58,940 bases of DNA. Source: Malacoraja senta (lineage: Eukaryota). The translations under genes and the position numbers were made by a program. The stretch spans positions 124,001-182,940 of the forward strand of contig JAXLNO010006061.1 of assembly GCA_038087875.1 (NCBI GenBank), written 5' to 3'. The first letter of the stretch is position 1, and the number at the start of each line of letters is the position of its first letter. Shown piece after piece: positions 48,511 to 58,940 of the stretch. The notes under the pieces are model-generated. The model saw nothing but the letters and a program-made list of their open reading frames with translations, had not been told where the DNA came from and did not search any database.

Positions 48511-48924
48511 GAGTCGGGAAAGGGAAAAGAGAGAAATAGACGGTGATACATTCATTTTCCGCTTGGGCACTTTGTCAAAGAGGTCCTTCCGCAGTTGTAC
48601 AGGGCCCTAGTGAGACCACACCTGGAGTATTCCGGGAATTAACCTGATGAACCTACGCTGCACTCCTATTCTATTATTACAACCCATTTATAAGATTCAA
48701 ATCCAACCCCTGGTATCCATTGGGTTCAGTGTACCAGAGGGGGGGAAATACTCAATTCAAGCTGCCTCCCTCTCCCCTCCACTAATTGCCTGTATATTCA
48801 TTCATTTGCAGACATTGCTGCTTCACATCCCAGTTGCCACTGGCCAGATTTCTTCATGCTCAGACTCTAGTCAGCAAGGACCACCCAGAGATCGCAAGGC
48901 AGGAGATGTTTAAGGTGAATGGTG

Positions 48925-50835
48925 TGAAACATAGAAAATAGGTGCAGGAGGAGGCCATTCGGCCCTTCGAGCCAGCACCGCCATTCATTGTGATCATGGC
49001 TGATCGTCCCCTATCAATAACCCATGCCTGCCTTCTCCCCATATCCATTGACTCCACTAGTCCCCTAGAGCTCTATCTAACTCTCTCTTAAATCCATCCA
49101 GTGACTTGGCCTCCACTGCCCTCTGTGGCAGGGAATTCCATAAATTCACAACTCTCTGGGTGAAAAAGTTTTTTCTCACCTCAGTCTTAAATGACCTCCC
49201 CTTTATTCTAAGACTGTGGCCCCTGGCTCTGGACTCGCCTAACATTGGGAAAATGTTTTCCTGCATCTAGCTTGTCCAGTCCTTTTATAATTTTATATTT
49301 TTCTATAAGATGCCCCACTCATCCTTCTAAACTCCAGTGAATACAAGCCTAGTCTTTTCAATCTTTCCTCATATGACAGTCCCGCCATCCCAGGGATCAA
49401 TCTCGTGAACCTACGCTGCACTGCCTCAATCACAAGGATGTCCTTCCTCAAATTAGGAGACCAAAACTGGACACAATACTCCAGATGTGGTCTCACCAGA
49501 GCCCTATACAACTGCAGAAGAACCTCTTTACTACTATACTGAAATCCTCTTGTTATGAAGGCCAACATTCCATTAGCTTTCTTCACTGCCTGCTGTACCT
49601 GCACACCAACTTTCAGTGACTGGTGTACAAGGACGCCCAGGTCTCGCTGCACCTCCCCCTTACCTAACCCCATTGAGATAATAATCAGCCCCCTTATTTT
49701 TGCCGCCAAAGTGGATAACCTCACATTTATCTATTTTATACTGCATCTGCCACGCATCTGCCCACTAACTCAACCTGTCCAGGTCACCCTGCAACCTCCT
49801 AACATCCTCTTCACAGTTCACACTGCCACCCAGTTTTGTGTCATCTGCAAACTCTCTAGTGTTGCTCCTAATTCCCTCTTCCAAATCATTAATATATATG
49901 GTAAACAGTTGTGGCCCCAACACAGAGCCTTGCGGCACTCCACTCGCCACTGCCTGCCATTATGAAAAGGACCAGTTCACTCCTACTCTTTGCTTCCGGT
50001 CTGCCAGCCAATTTTCTATCCATGTCAACACCCTACCACCAATACCATGTGCTCTAATTTTAGTCACCAGTCTCCCGTGCGGGACCTTATCAAAGGCTTT
50101 CTGAAAGTCTAGATACACTACATCCACTGGCACCCCTTCGTCCATTTTACTTGTCACATCCTTAAAATATTCCAGAAGATTAGTCAAGCATGATTTCCCT
50201 TTCATAAATCCATGTTGACTTGGACTAATCCTTTTACTGCTATCCAAATGCCCCATTATTACCGCTTTAATAATTGACTCCAGCATCTTTTCCACCACCG
50301 AAGTCAGGCTAACTGGTCTGTAATTCCCCGTTTTCTCTCTCGCTCCTTTCTTGAAAAGTGGGATAACATTAGCTAGTCTCCAAACCACAGGAACTGATCC
50401 TGAATCTATTGAACATTGGAAAATGATCACCAATGCATCCACTATTTCTAGAGCCACCTCCCTGAGGACCCTGGTATGCAGACCATCAGGCCCAGGGGAT
50501 TTATCATCCTTCAGTCCCATTAGCCTACCCAATACTATTTCTTGCCTAATGAACATTTCTTACAGTTCCTCTACCCCCTTAGATCCTCTGTCCTCCAGTA
50601 CATCTGGGAGATTGTTTGTGTCTTCCTTAGTGAACACAGATCCGAAGTACCTATTCAACTCTTCTGCCATTTCCTTGTTGCCCTTAATAATTTCACCCGT
50701 GTCTGCCTTCAAGGGACCCACATTTGACTTTGCTACTCTTTTTCCCTTAACATATCTAAAGAAGCTTTTACTGTCCTTCTTTATATTCCTGGCCAGCTTC
50801 CCCCCGTACTTAATCTTTTCAGCCCGTATTGCCCG
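48925..50835 (-). mobile_element. CR1 of the second subfamily, 3' half
   Basis: ORFs 49293-49724, 49765-49950, 49960-50556, 50560-50898. Confidence 0.9.
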
Positions 50836-51145
50836 TATGTCAAAGTGGCTCAGTAAAAAATTGGGTGACCCTTTAATAAAGGCAAACTGGTGATGCAAGA
50901 TCCAGGGCTCTGTCCTGTCCTATACTGACTTTGGGTGAAAACCGTGGTTAGCACAAATTGCCACATATTTATTAACCCACCTCCCAGACACAGAACTCAG
51001 TCCAAAGGAAAAATTCAGGGAATGCAAGGAATGTTGCAAGGAATGGACGTGTTTGGTTATAATTATCCAAGGATGAGCAATACAAAATGTCTCTCGTGGA
51101 AGATACCAATATTTTACAGCATGGAGAGTATCTATACTCTGCCAG

Positions 51146-53938
51146 GTTTCATATGGTTGCAGGAGGGCTGTGATTGGAAACTAAATATTCCAGGATTTCG
51201 TTGCTTCAGGTGTGATAGAATTGGAGGGGCAAGAGGTGGAGGTGTTGCATTGCTTATCAGGGAAGATATTACAGCAGTGCTTTGGCAGGATAGATTAGAG
51301 GGCTCTTCTAGGGAGGCTATTTGGGTGGAACTGAGAAATGGGAAAGGGGTAGCAACACTCATAGGGGTGTATTATAGACCGCCAAATGGGGAGCGAGAAT
51401 TGGAAGAGCAAATATGTAAGGAGATTGCAGATATTAGTAGTAAGCACAAGATAGTCATTGTGGGAGATTTCAATTTTCCACACATAGACTGGGAAACACA
51501 TTCTGTAAATGGGCTGGATGGGTTGGAGTTTGTAAAATGTGTGCAGGATAGTTTTTTGCAGCAATACATAGACGTACCTACTAGAGAAAGGGCGGTGCTG
51601 GACCTCCTGTTAGGAAATGAGACGGGTCAGGTGGCAGAGGTATGCGTTGGGGAACAGTTCTGGACCAGTGATCACAATACCATTAGTTTCAATATAATTA
51701 TGGAGAGGGTCAGAACTGGACCTAGGGTTGAGATTTTTGATTGGAGAAAGGCTAACTTTGAGGAGATGCAAAAGGATTTAAAAGGAGTAAATTGGGACAG
51801 TTTGTTTTATGGGAAAGATGTGGAAGAGAAATGGACGACATTTAAAGGTGAAATTTTAAGAGTACAGAATCTTTATGTCCCTGTTCGGTTGAAAGTAAAG
51901 AGTAAAAATTGGAAAGAGCCATGGTTTTCAAGGGAAATTGGACACAGTTCGGAAAAAGAGAGAGATCTACAATAATTATAGGCAGCATGGAGTAAATGAG
52001 GTGCTTGAGGAGTATAAAAAATGTAAAAAGAGTCTTAAGAAAGAAAGTAGAAAAGCTAAAAGAAGATATGAGGTTGCTTTGGCAAATAAGGTGAAAGTAT
52101 ATCCAAAGGGTTTCTACAGCTATATTAATAGCAAAAGGATAACGAGGGATAAAATTGGTCCATTAGAGAGTCAGAGTGGACAGGTATCTGCAGAGCCAAA
52201 AGAGATGGGGGAGATATTGAACAATTTCTTTTCTTCGGTATTCACCAAGGAGAAGGATATTGAATTATGTGAGGTAAGGGAAACAACTAGAGTAGCTATG
52301 GAAACTATGAGATTCAAAGAAGAGGAAGTACTGACACTTTTGAGAAATATAAAAGTGGATAAGTCTCCAGGTCCGGACAGGATATTCAGGACATTGAGGG
52401 AAGTTAGTGTAGAAATAGCAGGGGCTATGACAGAAATATTTCAAATGTCATTGGAAACAGCAATAGTGCCGGAGGATTGGCGTACTGTGCATGTTGTTCC
52501 ATTGTTTAAAAAGGGGTCTAAGAGTAAACCTAGCAATTATAGACCTGTTAGTTTGACATCAGTGGTGGGCAAATTAATGGAAAGGATACTTAGAGATAAT
52601 ATATATAAGCATCTGGATAAACAGGGGCTGATTAGGAGCAGTCAACATGGGTTTGTGCCTGGAAGGTCACGTTTGACTAATCTTCTTGAATTTTTTGAAG
52701 AGGTTACTCGGGAAATTGATGAGGGTAAAGCCATGGATGTTGTATATATGGACTTCAGTAAGGCCTTTGACAAGGTACCTCACAGAAGGTTGGTTAAGAA
52801 GGTTCAATGGTTGGGTATTAATGGTGGAGTAGCAAGATGGATTCAACAGTGGCTGAATGGGAGATGCCAAAGAGTAATGGTGGATGGTTGTTTGTCAGGT
52901 TGGAGGCCAGTGACTAGTGGGGTGCCACAGGGATCTGTGTTGGGTCCACTGTTGTTTGTCATGTACATCAATGATCTGGATGATGGTGTGGTAAATTGGA
53001 TTAGTAAGTATGCAGATGATACTAAGATAGGTGGGGCTGTGGATAATGAAGTAGATTTTCAAAGTCTACAGAGAGATTTATGCCGGTTGGAAGAGTGGGC
53101 TGAAAGATGGCAGATGGAGTTTAATGCTGATAAGTGTGAGGTGCTACATCTTGGCAGGACAAATCAAAATAGGACGTACATGGTAAATGGTAGGGAATTG
53201 AAGAATGCAGGTGAACAGAGGGATCTTGGAATAACTGTGCACAGTTCCCTGAAAGTGGAATCTCATGTAGATAGGGTGGTAAAGAAAGCTTTTGGTGTGC
53301 TGGCTTTTATAAATCAGAGCATTGAGTATAGAAGTTGGGATGTAATGTTAAAATTGTACAAGGCATTGGTGAGGCCAATTCTGGAGTATGGTGTACAATT
53401 TTGGTCGCCTAATTATAGGAAGGATGTCAACAAAATAGAGAGAGTACAGAGGAGATTTACTAGAATGTTGCCTGGGTTTCAACAACTAAGTTACAGAGAA
53501 AGGTTGAACAAGTTAGGGCTTTATTCTTTGGAGCGCGGAAGGTTAAGGGGGGACTTGATAGAGGTCTTTAAAATGATGAAAGGGATAGACAGAGTTGACG
53601 TGGATAAGCTTTTCCCATTGAGATTAGGGAAGATTCAAACAAGGGGACATGACTTGAGAATTAAGGGACAGAAGTTTAGGGGTAACATGAGGGGGAACTT
53701 CTTTACTCAGAGAGTGGTGGCTGTGTGGAATGAGCTTCCAGTGAAGGTGGTGGAGGCAGGTTCATTTTTATCATTTAAAAATAAATTGGATAGTTATATG
53801 GACGGGAAAGGAATGGAGGGTTATGGTCTGAGCACAGGTATATGGGACTAGGGGAGAATACGTGTTCGGCACGGACTAGAAGGGTCGAGATGGCCTGTTT
53901 CCGTGCTGTAATTGTTATATGGTTATATGGTTATATGA
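51146..53938 (+). mobile_element. CR1 EN-RT, one frameshift at ~51945, with 3' tail (atatggtt)n
   Basis: EN in ORF 50935-51975 (GDFN, SDH); RT in the 637-aa ORF 51938-53851 (QGSVLGP, YADD). Confidence 0.92.
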
Positions 53939-54275
53939 GGTGATTTCCCCCCAACACCGCGATGGTGGAACTCCATGACTGTCACTGATATGGGATGGGA
54001 TTGAGCATCTTGCAAACACACATTCTAACAATATCACATTGCTGATTAAAACAAGATTCACAAAGCAAGAACAATGTACACTGTTAAACTAGGCTTACAA
54101 ATTTCTGATGACACTGCAGCAACTGTGATCCACACTAATACCACGCACATAACTATTGTTTAAAGGAATTTGCTCGCCATTTTGCTTAAAGAAGGAGGGG
54201 TTGTGAAATAGACAACATCTTACATTGACAAATGTGATGTCTCCTGTCAGACATACACAGTGTGTATGACTTGTT

Positions 54276-54396
54276 TAAGAAGGAACTGCAGATGCTGCAA
54301 AATCGAAGGTAGACAAAAATGCTGGAGAAACTCAGCAGGTGAGGCAGCATCTATGGAGCGAAGGAATAGGCGACGTTTTGGGTCGAGACCCTTCTT
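54276..54396 (-). mobile_element. Penelope-type repeat abutting the inner breakpoint of the inverted duplication
   Basis: ...gacgttttgggtcgagacccttctt|atgactgc. Confidence 0.65.
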
Positions 54397-56214
54397 ATGA
54401 CTGCTTTCTACGCAGTTGAAGACTTTGATCTCCGGGCTCTGATAGTTTCAATTCTGACACAAACGTTATCACCCTCCACAATAAGTGTTTGAAAGCAAAA
54501 TCAGCTCATGTGTGCTCAAGTGACTGAGTGTGTAAACAGTGCACACACGAGAGTGAGCTGAGTGGAACTAGACTCATGATGCTGCTTCAGAGGACAAGTG
54601 GCAGTGCAGGTCAGTCAGCGGCAATGAATGAATGAATCAATCTCTTCCTCCCCCAATGATTCTGAAGTGAAACGTGAAAATACATCTAATGCAGAATTTC
54701 ATCCCAATCTGCAGCAGGAGGGGGACCTTGATACTTCTAACCATTTATGATTTGCTCTGCTGTCGCTGGAGAGTCAGCCACTAATTTATTTCAGATAGTT
54801 TCTATCAATTACTGAAACGCCTCAAAGTCTTCACTGGAGCACAGTCACACTAAACTGACACTAGTCTGTAGCCATTTTGCTACAGGTATGTAGTTGCGTA
54901 CTGGCCAGAACAGATATGCTGACACATTCCCTTCCGTGAAGTGCAGCAGTGAACTATCGACATGCGTCACCACCAACGGAAGCATTTTACGTCAGAATGC
55001 ATTTATTAATAAAATTGAAATTCCCAGATCATGGGTTGGAATTTTGAGCTCATGTCACCAGATCGACAACTTCTGGATTGACATTTACTGTCAGTCTTCA
55101 TTTCAAGGAGGAGAGATGCGGGGGATGAATCTGCTGAGTCTGCTTTGGTGCTTGTGAGCAACACTGCAACGTGACACAGCAAGTGGTACAAAGGTGAAAG
55201 GAGTGCAGGCTTATGAGTGCCCAGAGTTGGAAGAATGACACCTTTACAGAAGGTTGTGTTTGTGGTGAAGGTTTCAGAGATGGTGAGACACATGGTCCGA
55301 GTAAGACTGCGATATCAGCATGTGACATTCTTAAACCGAGGGAATCCCAGGCTTGGCCTACAAGGAGAAAAATTGATTTTCTCATTCATGTTGCTCAGTA
55401 TTACTAATCGATGCTGCAGGGGTTCCAAGCAAAGCACATATCAAATTGTGCTCCTGTAATGTACCAGCTGATCATGGTGATGGGAAAGAGAGTCAAATCG
55501 CAGTTGACGGCTCCTTTGTTCTGGGTTTTCTTCAGTCAAAACACCCAACCTGCTATTTAACACGAGTTTTTCTGCTATTCTGTTTTCAATAATCTAGCCA
55601 GTGTATAGTTTGATCTGCCATTGGTCAGTCTTTTGCAATAAATCGAGCTAGTGTATAATTTGATCTGCCATTGATCAGTCTTTTATGTGATGACATAAAC
55701 ATCTTAAAGTTCTTTTATAAGACACCTGTTTGGACCTGCCCTGGCTTTCCATAAAGAGCCTGTCCCAATTCCGCAATTTTGATACAATGATACAATTTAT
55801 TTGTTGTCATTTGAATCTAAGTTCAAACGAAATTTGGTTTCTGCAGTCATACAAACAAGTACAAAGAACCAAGACACAACACAATTTACACACAAACATT
55901 CATCACAGTGAATCTCCTCCTCACTGTGATGGAAGGCAAAGTCTTGTCTCTCCCCTGCTCTCCTCATTCTCCTCCTGATGTCAAAGTCAAAGCCCCCAGC
56001 GGGCGATGGTAAGTAAGTCCCACAGCCATTAAAGCCGCGCCGGGCGATGCAAGGCCGCGCTCCGGGTCTTGATGTTGGAGCCCTTGGCGGGCGCTAGCAA
56101 GTTCCGCAGCCCTTTAAAGCCGCGCTGTGCGATGTAAGGCCCCGCTCCAGGTCATTTTCAACCCCGCAACTCATGCGGGAGAAGTTGCTGTTGCGGGAGC
56201 TCCGAAATTTATTT

Positions 56215-56497
56215 CTGCGACTACCGGCACCCGTCATAGTCGCAGCAGGTAACCGAAAATGTTCAACATGTTGAAAATCCAACGGTGACCAGAAGACTCT
56301 ACGACTCTTTGGGCGACTGAGGAGACTACTCATGACCATACTGGCGACATGTGAAGCCTGTATGGTCGTGAGTAGTTGCCAAAAGAGTCGTACCTTGTTC
56401 TGGATTTTCAACATGTTGAACATTTTTGGCCACCTGTAACGACCAATAACGGGTGCTGGCAGTCGCTGAAAAAATCGCGTAAGTGGGACAGGCCCTT
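56215..56497. mobile_element. PIF/Harbinger-like MITE (duplicate of 13209-13490)
   Basis: Terminus aagtgggacaggccctt. Confidence 0.6.
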
Positions 56498-56538
56498 GCG
56501 GAAGAGGGTCTCACATCTACTTTGCTCCTCTTTTCCAG

Positions 56539-56856
56539 TTGAAACAAAAAGACTCAAGGTCAGCCTGCTGCCTCCAGCTCATCAAGAGACCACACGTAGC
56601 CACACAGCCACCCTCGAATGTGTGCTCTCTGGTTTCTACCCGGACCTCATAAACGTCACTTGGGAGAAAGACGGAGCCCCGATCTCTTCCACCACCAACG
56701 CTACACCGACTGCTCTGGAGCAGGGGGGGACTTTCAGTGCCAGCCACTTCCTGACTGTGAGTTCAGAGGATTGGAAGAAAGGCTCAGTCTTCGGCTGTAC
56801 AGTGTCTCATCTCCCCTCGAACACCAGTATCAGTCGGGAAGTGAAAAGCTTTCAAG
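56539..56856 (+). CDS. IgW: IgW heavy-chain constant exon, probably CH4 of the long form; intact
   Basis: 318 nt, phase 1-1, ttttccAG acceptor and G|GTACGG donor; canonical C...W...C; 6 nt differences from the minus-strand copy. Confidence 0.88.
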
Positions 56857-56994
56857 GTACGGTGTTGGGATTCACTCTAATGATCACATCTTTTACCCCG
56901 TCACAAAATAGGGCCAGGCAAGTTTAGCACTGAAGGACAGGTGTTGCAGTGTGTGAGTGAGTGGGTGATAACCAAGAGGCCTAGACTAGGGTCA

Positions 56995-57480
56995 AGAAGA
57001 GTCAAGAGTGTTTTATTGTCATATGTCCCGGACAGGACAATGCATTTCTTCCTTGCTGCAGCACAACAGAATATGTGAATATGTAAACATAGTACATAAC
57101 GGGGGAAGAGAAAAATAGAAAAAGTTCAATAAATAACAAATAGTGCAAATAACAAATAATAATGTAATCTTTTGCAGTTCATAGCTCAGAGCTTATTCAT
57201 TGTGTTTAATAGCCTGATGGCTGCAGGGAAGAAGCTGTTCCTCTACCTGGACGTTACAGTTTTCAGGCTCCTGTAACTGCTTCCTGATGGCAATGGTGAG
57301 ATGAGTGTGTGGCCAGGATGGTGTGGGTCTTTGATGATTTTGGCTGCCTTTTTGAGGCAGCGACTACGATAGATCCCTTCGACGGTCAAAGCCGGCGATG
57401 AACTGGGCAGTAGTCACAACTTTTGTAGTCTTTTTCGCTCCTGGACGTTCAAGTTGCCGAACCAGGCCACGATGCAACCA
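56995..57480 (-). mobile_element. Rex1/Babar-like 3' end (duplicate of 12225-12715)
   Basis: Reverse-complement match. Confidence 0.82.
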
Positions 57481-57769
57481 GAACTAGGGCACAATGCTAA
57501 ATATCTCTGTACTTTTACATCTTCAGTTTATTCCAAAACTGCTCAGTAGCCAGGACACTGAGAAGACCAAGCCTGCTGTTCTTCAAAATTAGTGTCACAG
57601 GGTCAGTCCACTCATTGTTGTCGGCCCTCTGTGTGTGGCATCTCAGTCTAGTTGGCTTGCTGCTAATTTGAAGAGTGGAGTTGAGTATTTGTACTTGTAC
57701 AATTGTTTGTCGACACTGGAAAAGAGGTCCATCAGAAAGTCCATTGAGTGGATGGAGCTGGGTGTTGGC

Positions 57770-58500
57770 ATGGGAGTGATCATGGAGTCATAGATTTATA
57801 CAGGACGGTAACAGGCTCTTCGGCTCAGCTTGCCTTTGCCAACCAAGCTGCCCGATCTACACTAGTCCCGTCTCCCCATGTTTGGCCTAAATCACTGATC
57901 ATCTCATGTTCATGTGATAGGAGCAGAATTAGGCCATTCAGCCCATCAAGTCTTCTGCCATTCAATCATGGCTGATCTATCTCGCCTTCCTAACCCCATT
58001 CTCCTGCCTTCTCCCCTTGACACCAATACTAATCAAGAATCAATCTATCTCTGCTTTAAAAATACCCATTGAGTGGGCCTCCACAGCCTTCTGTGGCAAT
58101 GACTTCCTCAGATTCACTACCCTGTGACAAAACAAATTCCTCATCTTCCTAGAGGAACCTCCTTTAATTCTGAGGCTATGGTCCTCGACTCTCCCACCAG
58201 TGGAATCATCCTCTTTACATCCGCTCTGTCCAGGCCTTTCACTATTCGTCCTATCCATGTACCTGTCCAAATAACTTTTAAACATTGTCATAGTTTCTGC
58301 GTCAACTACCTCCTCCCACCGCACATTCCATGTACCCAGTGCCCTCTGTGTGAAAAAGTTGCCCCTCAGATTCCCATTAAATCTGTCCCCCCTCACTTTA
58401 AACCCATGTCCTGGTTCTTGATTGCACTACTCTGGGTGAAGGAGCCTGGTTGTACATATGTGTGTCTAACCATCTCCTGCACTCTGTCAAATGTGGTTAT
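57770..58500 (-). mobile_element. CR1 3' fragments (duplicate of 11220-11915)
   Basis: ORF 58040-58396. Confidence 0.75.
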
Positions 58501-58739
58501 CTCCTCTTGTGATATTGTGCCGATAGTAACAAGACCAGGCTGTGGTTAGTTGAGCAGTTGCTCCTCTTGAGGAAAGGGAATGTCTCTCCAGAAAGTCACT
58601 GCTATTCAGTGTCTTGTGCAGACTGGTGTTCCAGGGTTCACAACGTTGCACGTTACGTTACTCAGCCAGGGAGAGAACGTCAACTGAGAATGAAAATGGA
58701 TTCCAGATCAAATCCATATCAAACATCATTTTTTGGTTA

Positions 58740-58940
58740 AACATAACTGGTTGCATCATGGCTTGGTTCGGCAACTTGAACGTCCAGGAGCGGAAAAGAA
58801 TGCAGAAAGTTGTGACCACTGCCCAGTCCATCATCGACTCTGACCTCCCTACCATCGAAGGGATCTATCGCAGTCGCTGCCTCAAAAAGGCTGCCAACAT
58901 CATCAAAGATCCACACTATCCTGGCCACTCACTCATCTCT
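58740..58940 (+). mobile_element. Rex1/Babar-like 3' fragment (duplicate of 10773-10975)
   Basis: GCIMAWFGNLNVQERKRMQKVV. Confidence 0.8.

Larger units (their letters stand above)
54395..58940 (+). repeat. Right arm of inverted segmental duplication (partner 10773-15187); runs to window end
   Basis: Colinear reverse-complement match incl. C exon, MITE, Rex1 and CR1 fragments. Confidence 0.95.

Noticed and set aside
48812-48930. Acceptor followed by …TLVS…FKVNGVK as a decayed CH3
   Set aside because: Wrong phase, both canonical Cys and Trp absent, spacing off; chance similarity cannot be excluded without tBLASTn.
50975-51076. THLP…ECKECCKEWTCL frame as a remnant of CH2 plus Cys-rich tail
   Set aside because: The Cys residues arise from a short gaatg(tt)gcaag tandem repeat; no Y-x-C-x-V-x-H or upstream Ig-domain motifs.
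55213-55407. Cys-containing ORF (…GCVCGEGFRDG…) as the IgW Cys-rich tail or an extra exon
   Set aside because: Lies upstream of the C exon, lacks clear splice sites, and nearby indels between the two arms shift the frame.
56857-56927. Read-through GTVLGFTLMITSFTPSQNRARQV-stop as a secretory tail
   Set aside because: Starts at a good GT donor, has no tailpiece Cys or other secretory-tail features, and no nearby host poly(A) signal; more likely intron.

Overview
Eukaryotic genomic DNA from a cartilaginous fish, most likely a rajid skate. Most of the window is retroelement-derived (CR1, L1, L1-Tx1, Rex1/Babar, a Gypsy fragment, Penelope-type short repeats, DNA-transposon remnants). The host content is a degenerate immunoglobulin heavy-chain cluster of the IgW (skate IgX) class on the + strand. 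It has a leader exon (36645-36690) and a V exon already fused to its J segment in genomic DNA, with no RSS and no recognisable D (36792-38170). That V is inactivated by frameshifts and a 1.04-kb TIR transposon. An intact CH1 exon (45473-45781) follows, then an intact downstream C exon that looks like long-form CH4 rather than CH2 (56539-56856). That C exon lies in a >=4.4-kb inverted duplication (10773-15187 vs 54395-58940), so a second intact copy (12850-13167, minus strand) faces the V-J-CH1 segment from the other side. Also seen: an L1 with both termini and an in-frame deletion of its RT domain, eight Penelope-type repeats related to a minimal hammerhead ribozyme (core intact in three), TA-CAG-TA (Tc1/mariner-type) excision footprints shared between CR1 copies, and a motif-dense CpG promoter with an unidentified candidate first exon near 9.1 kb. 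Family assignments come from motif recognition and recalled sequences, not database searches. Repeat boundaries are approximate unless a TSD or splice site is quoted.
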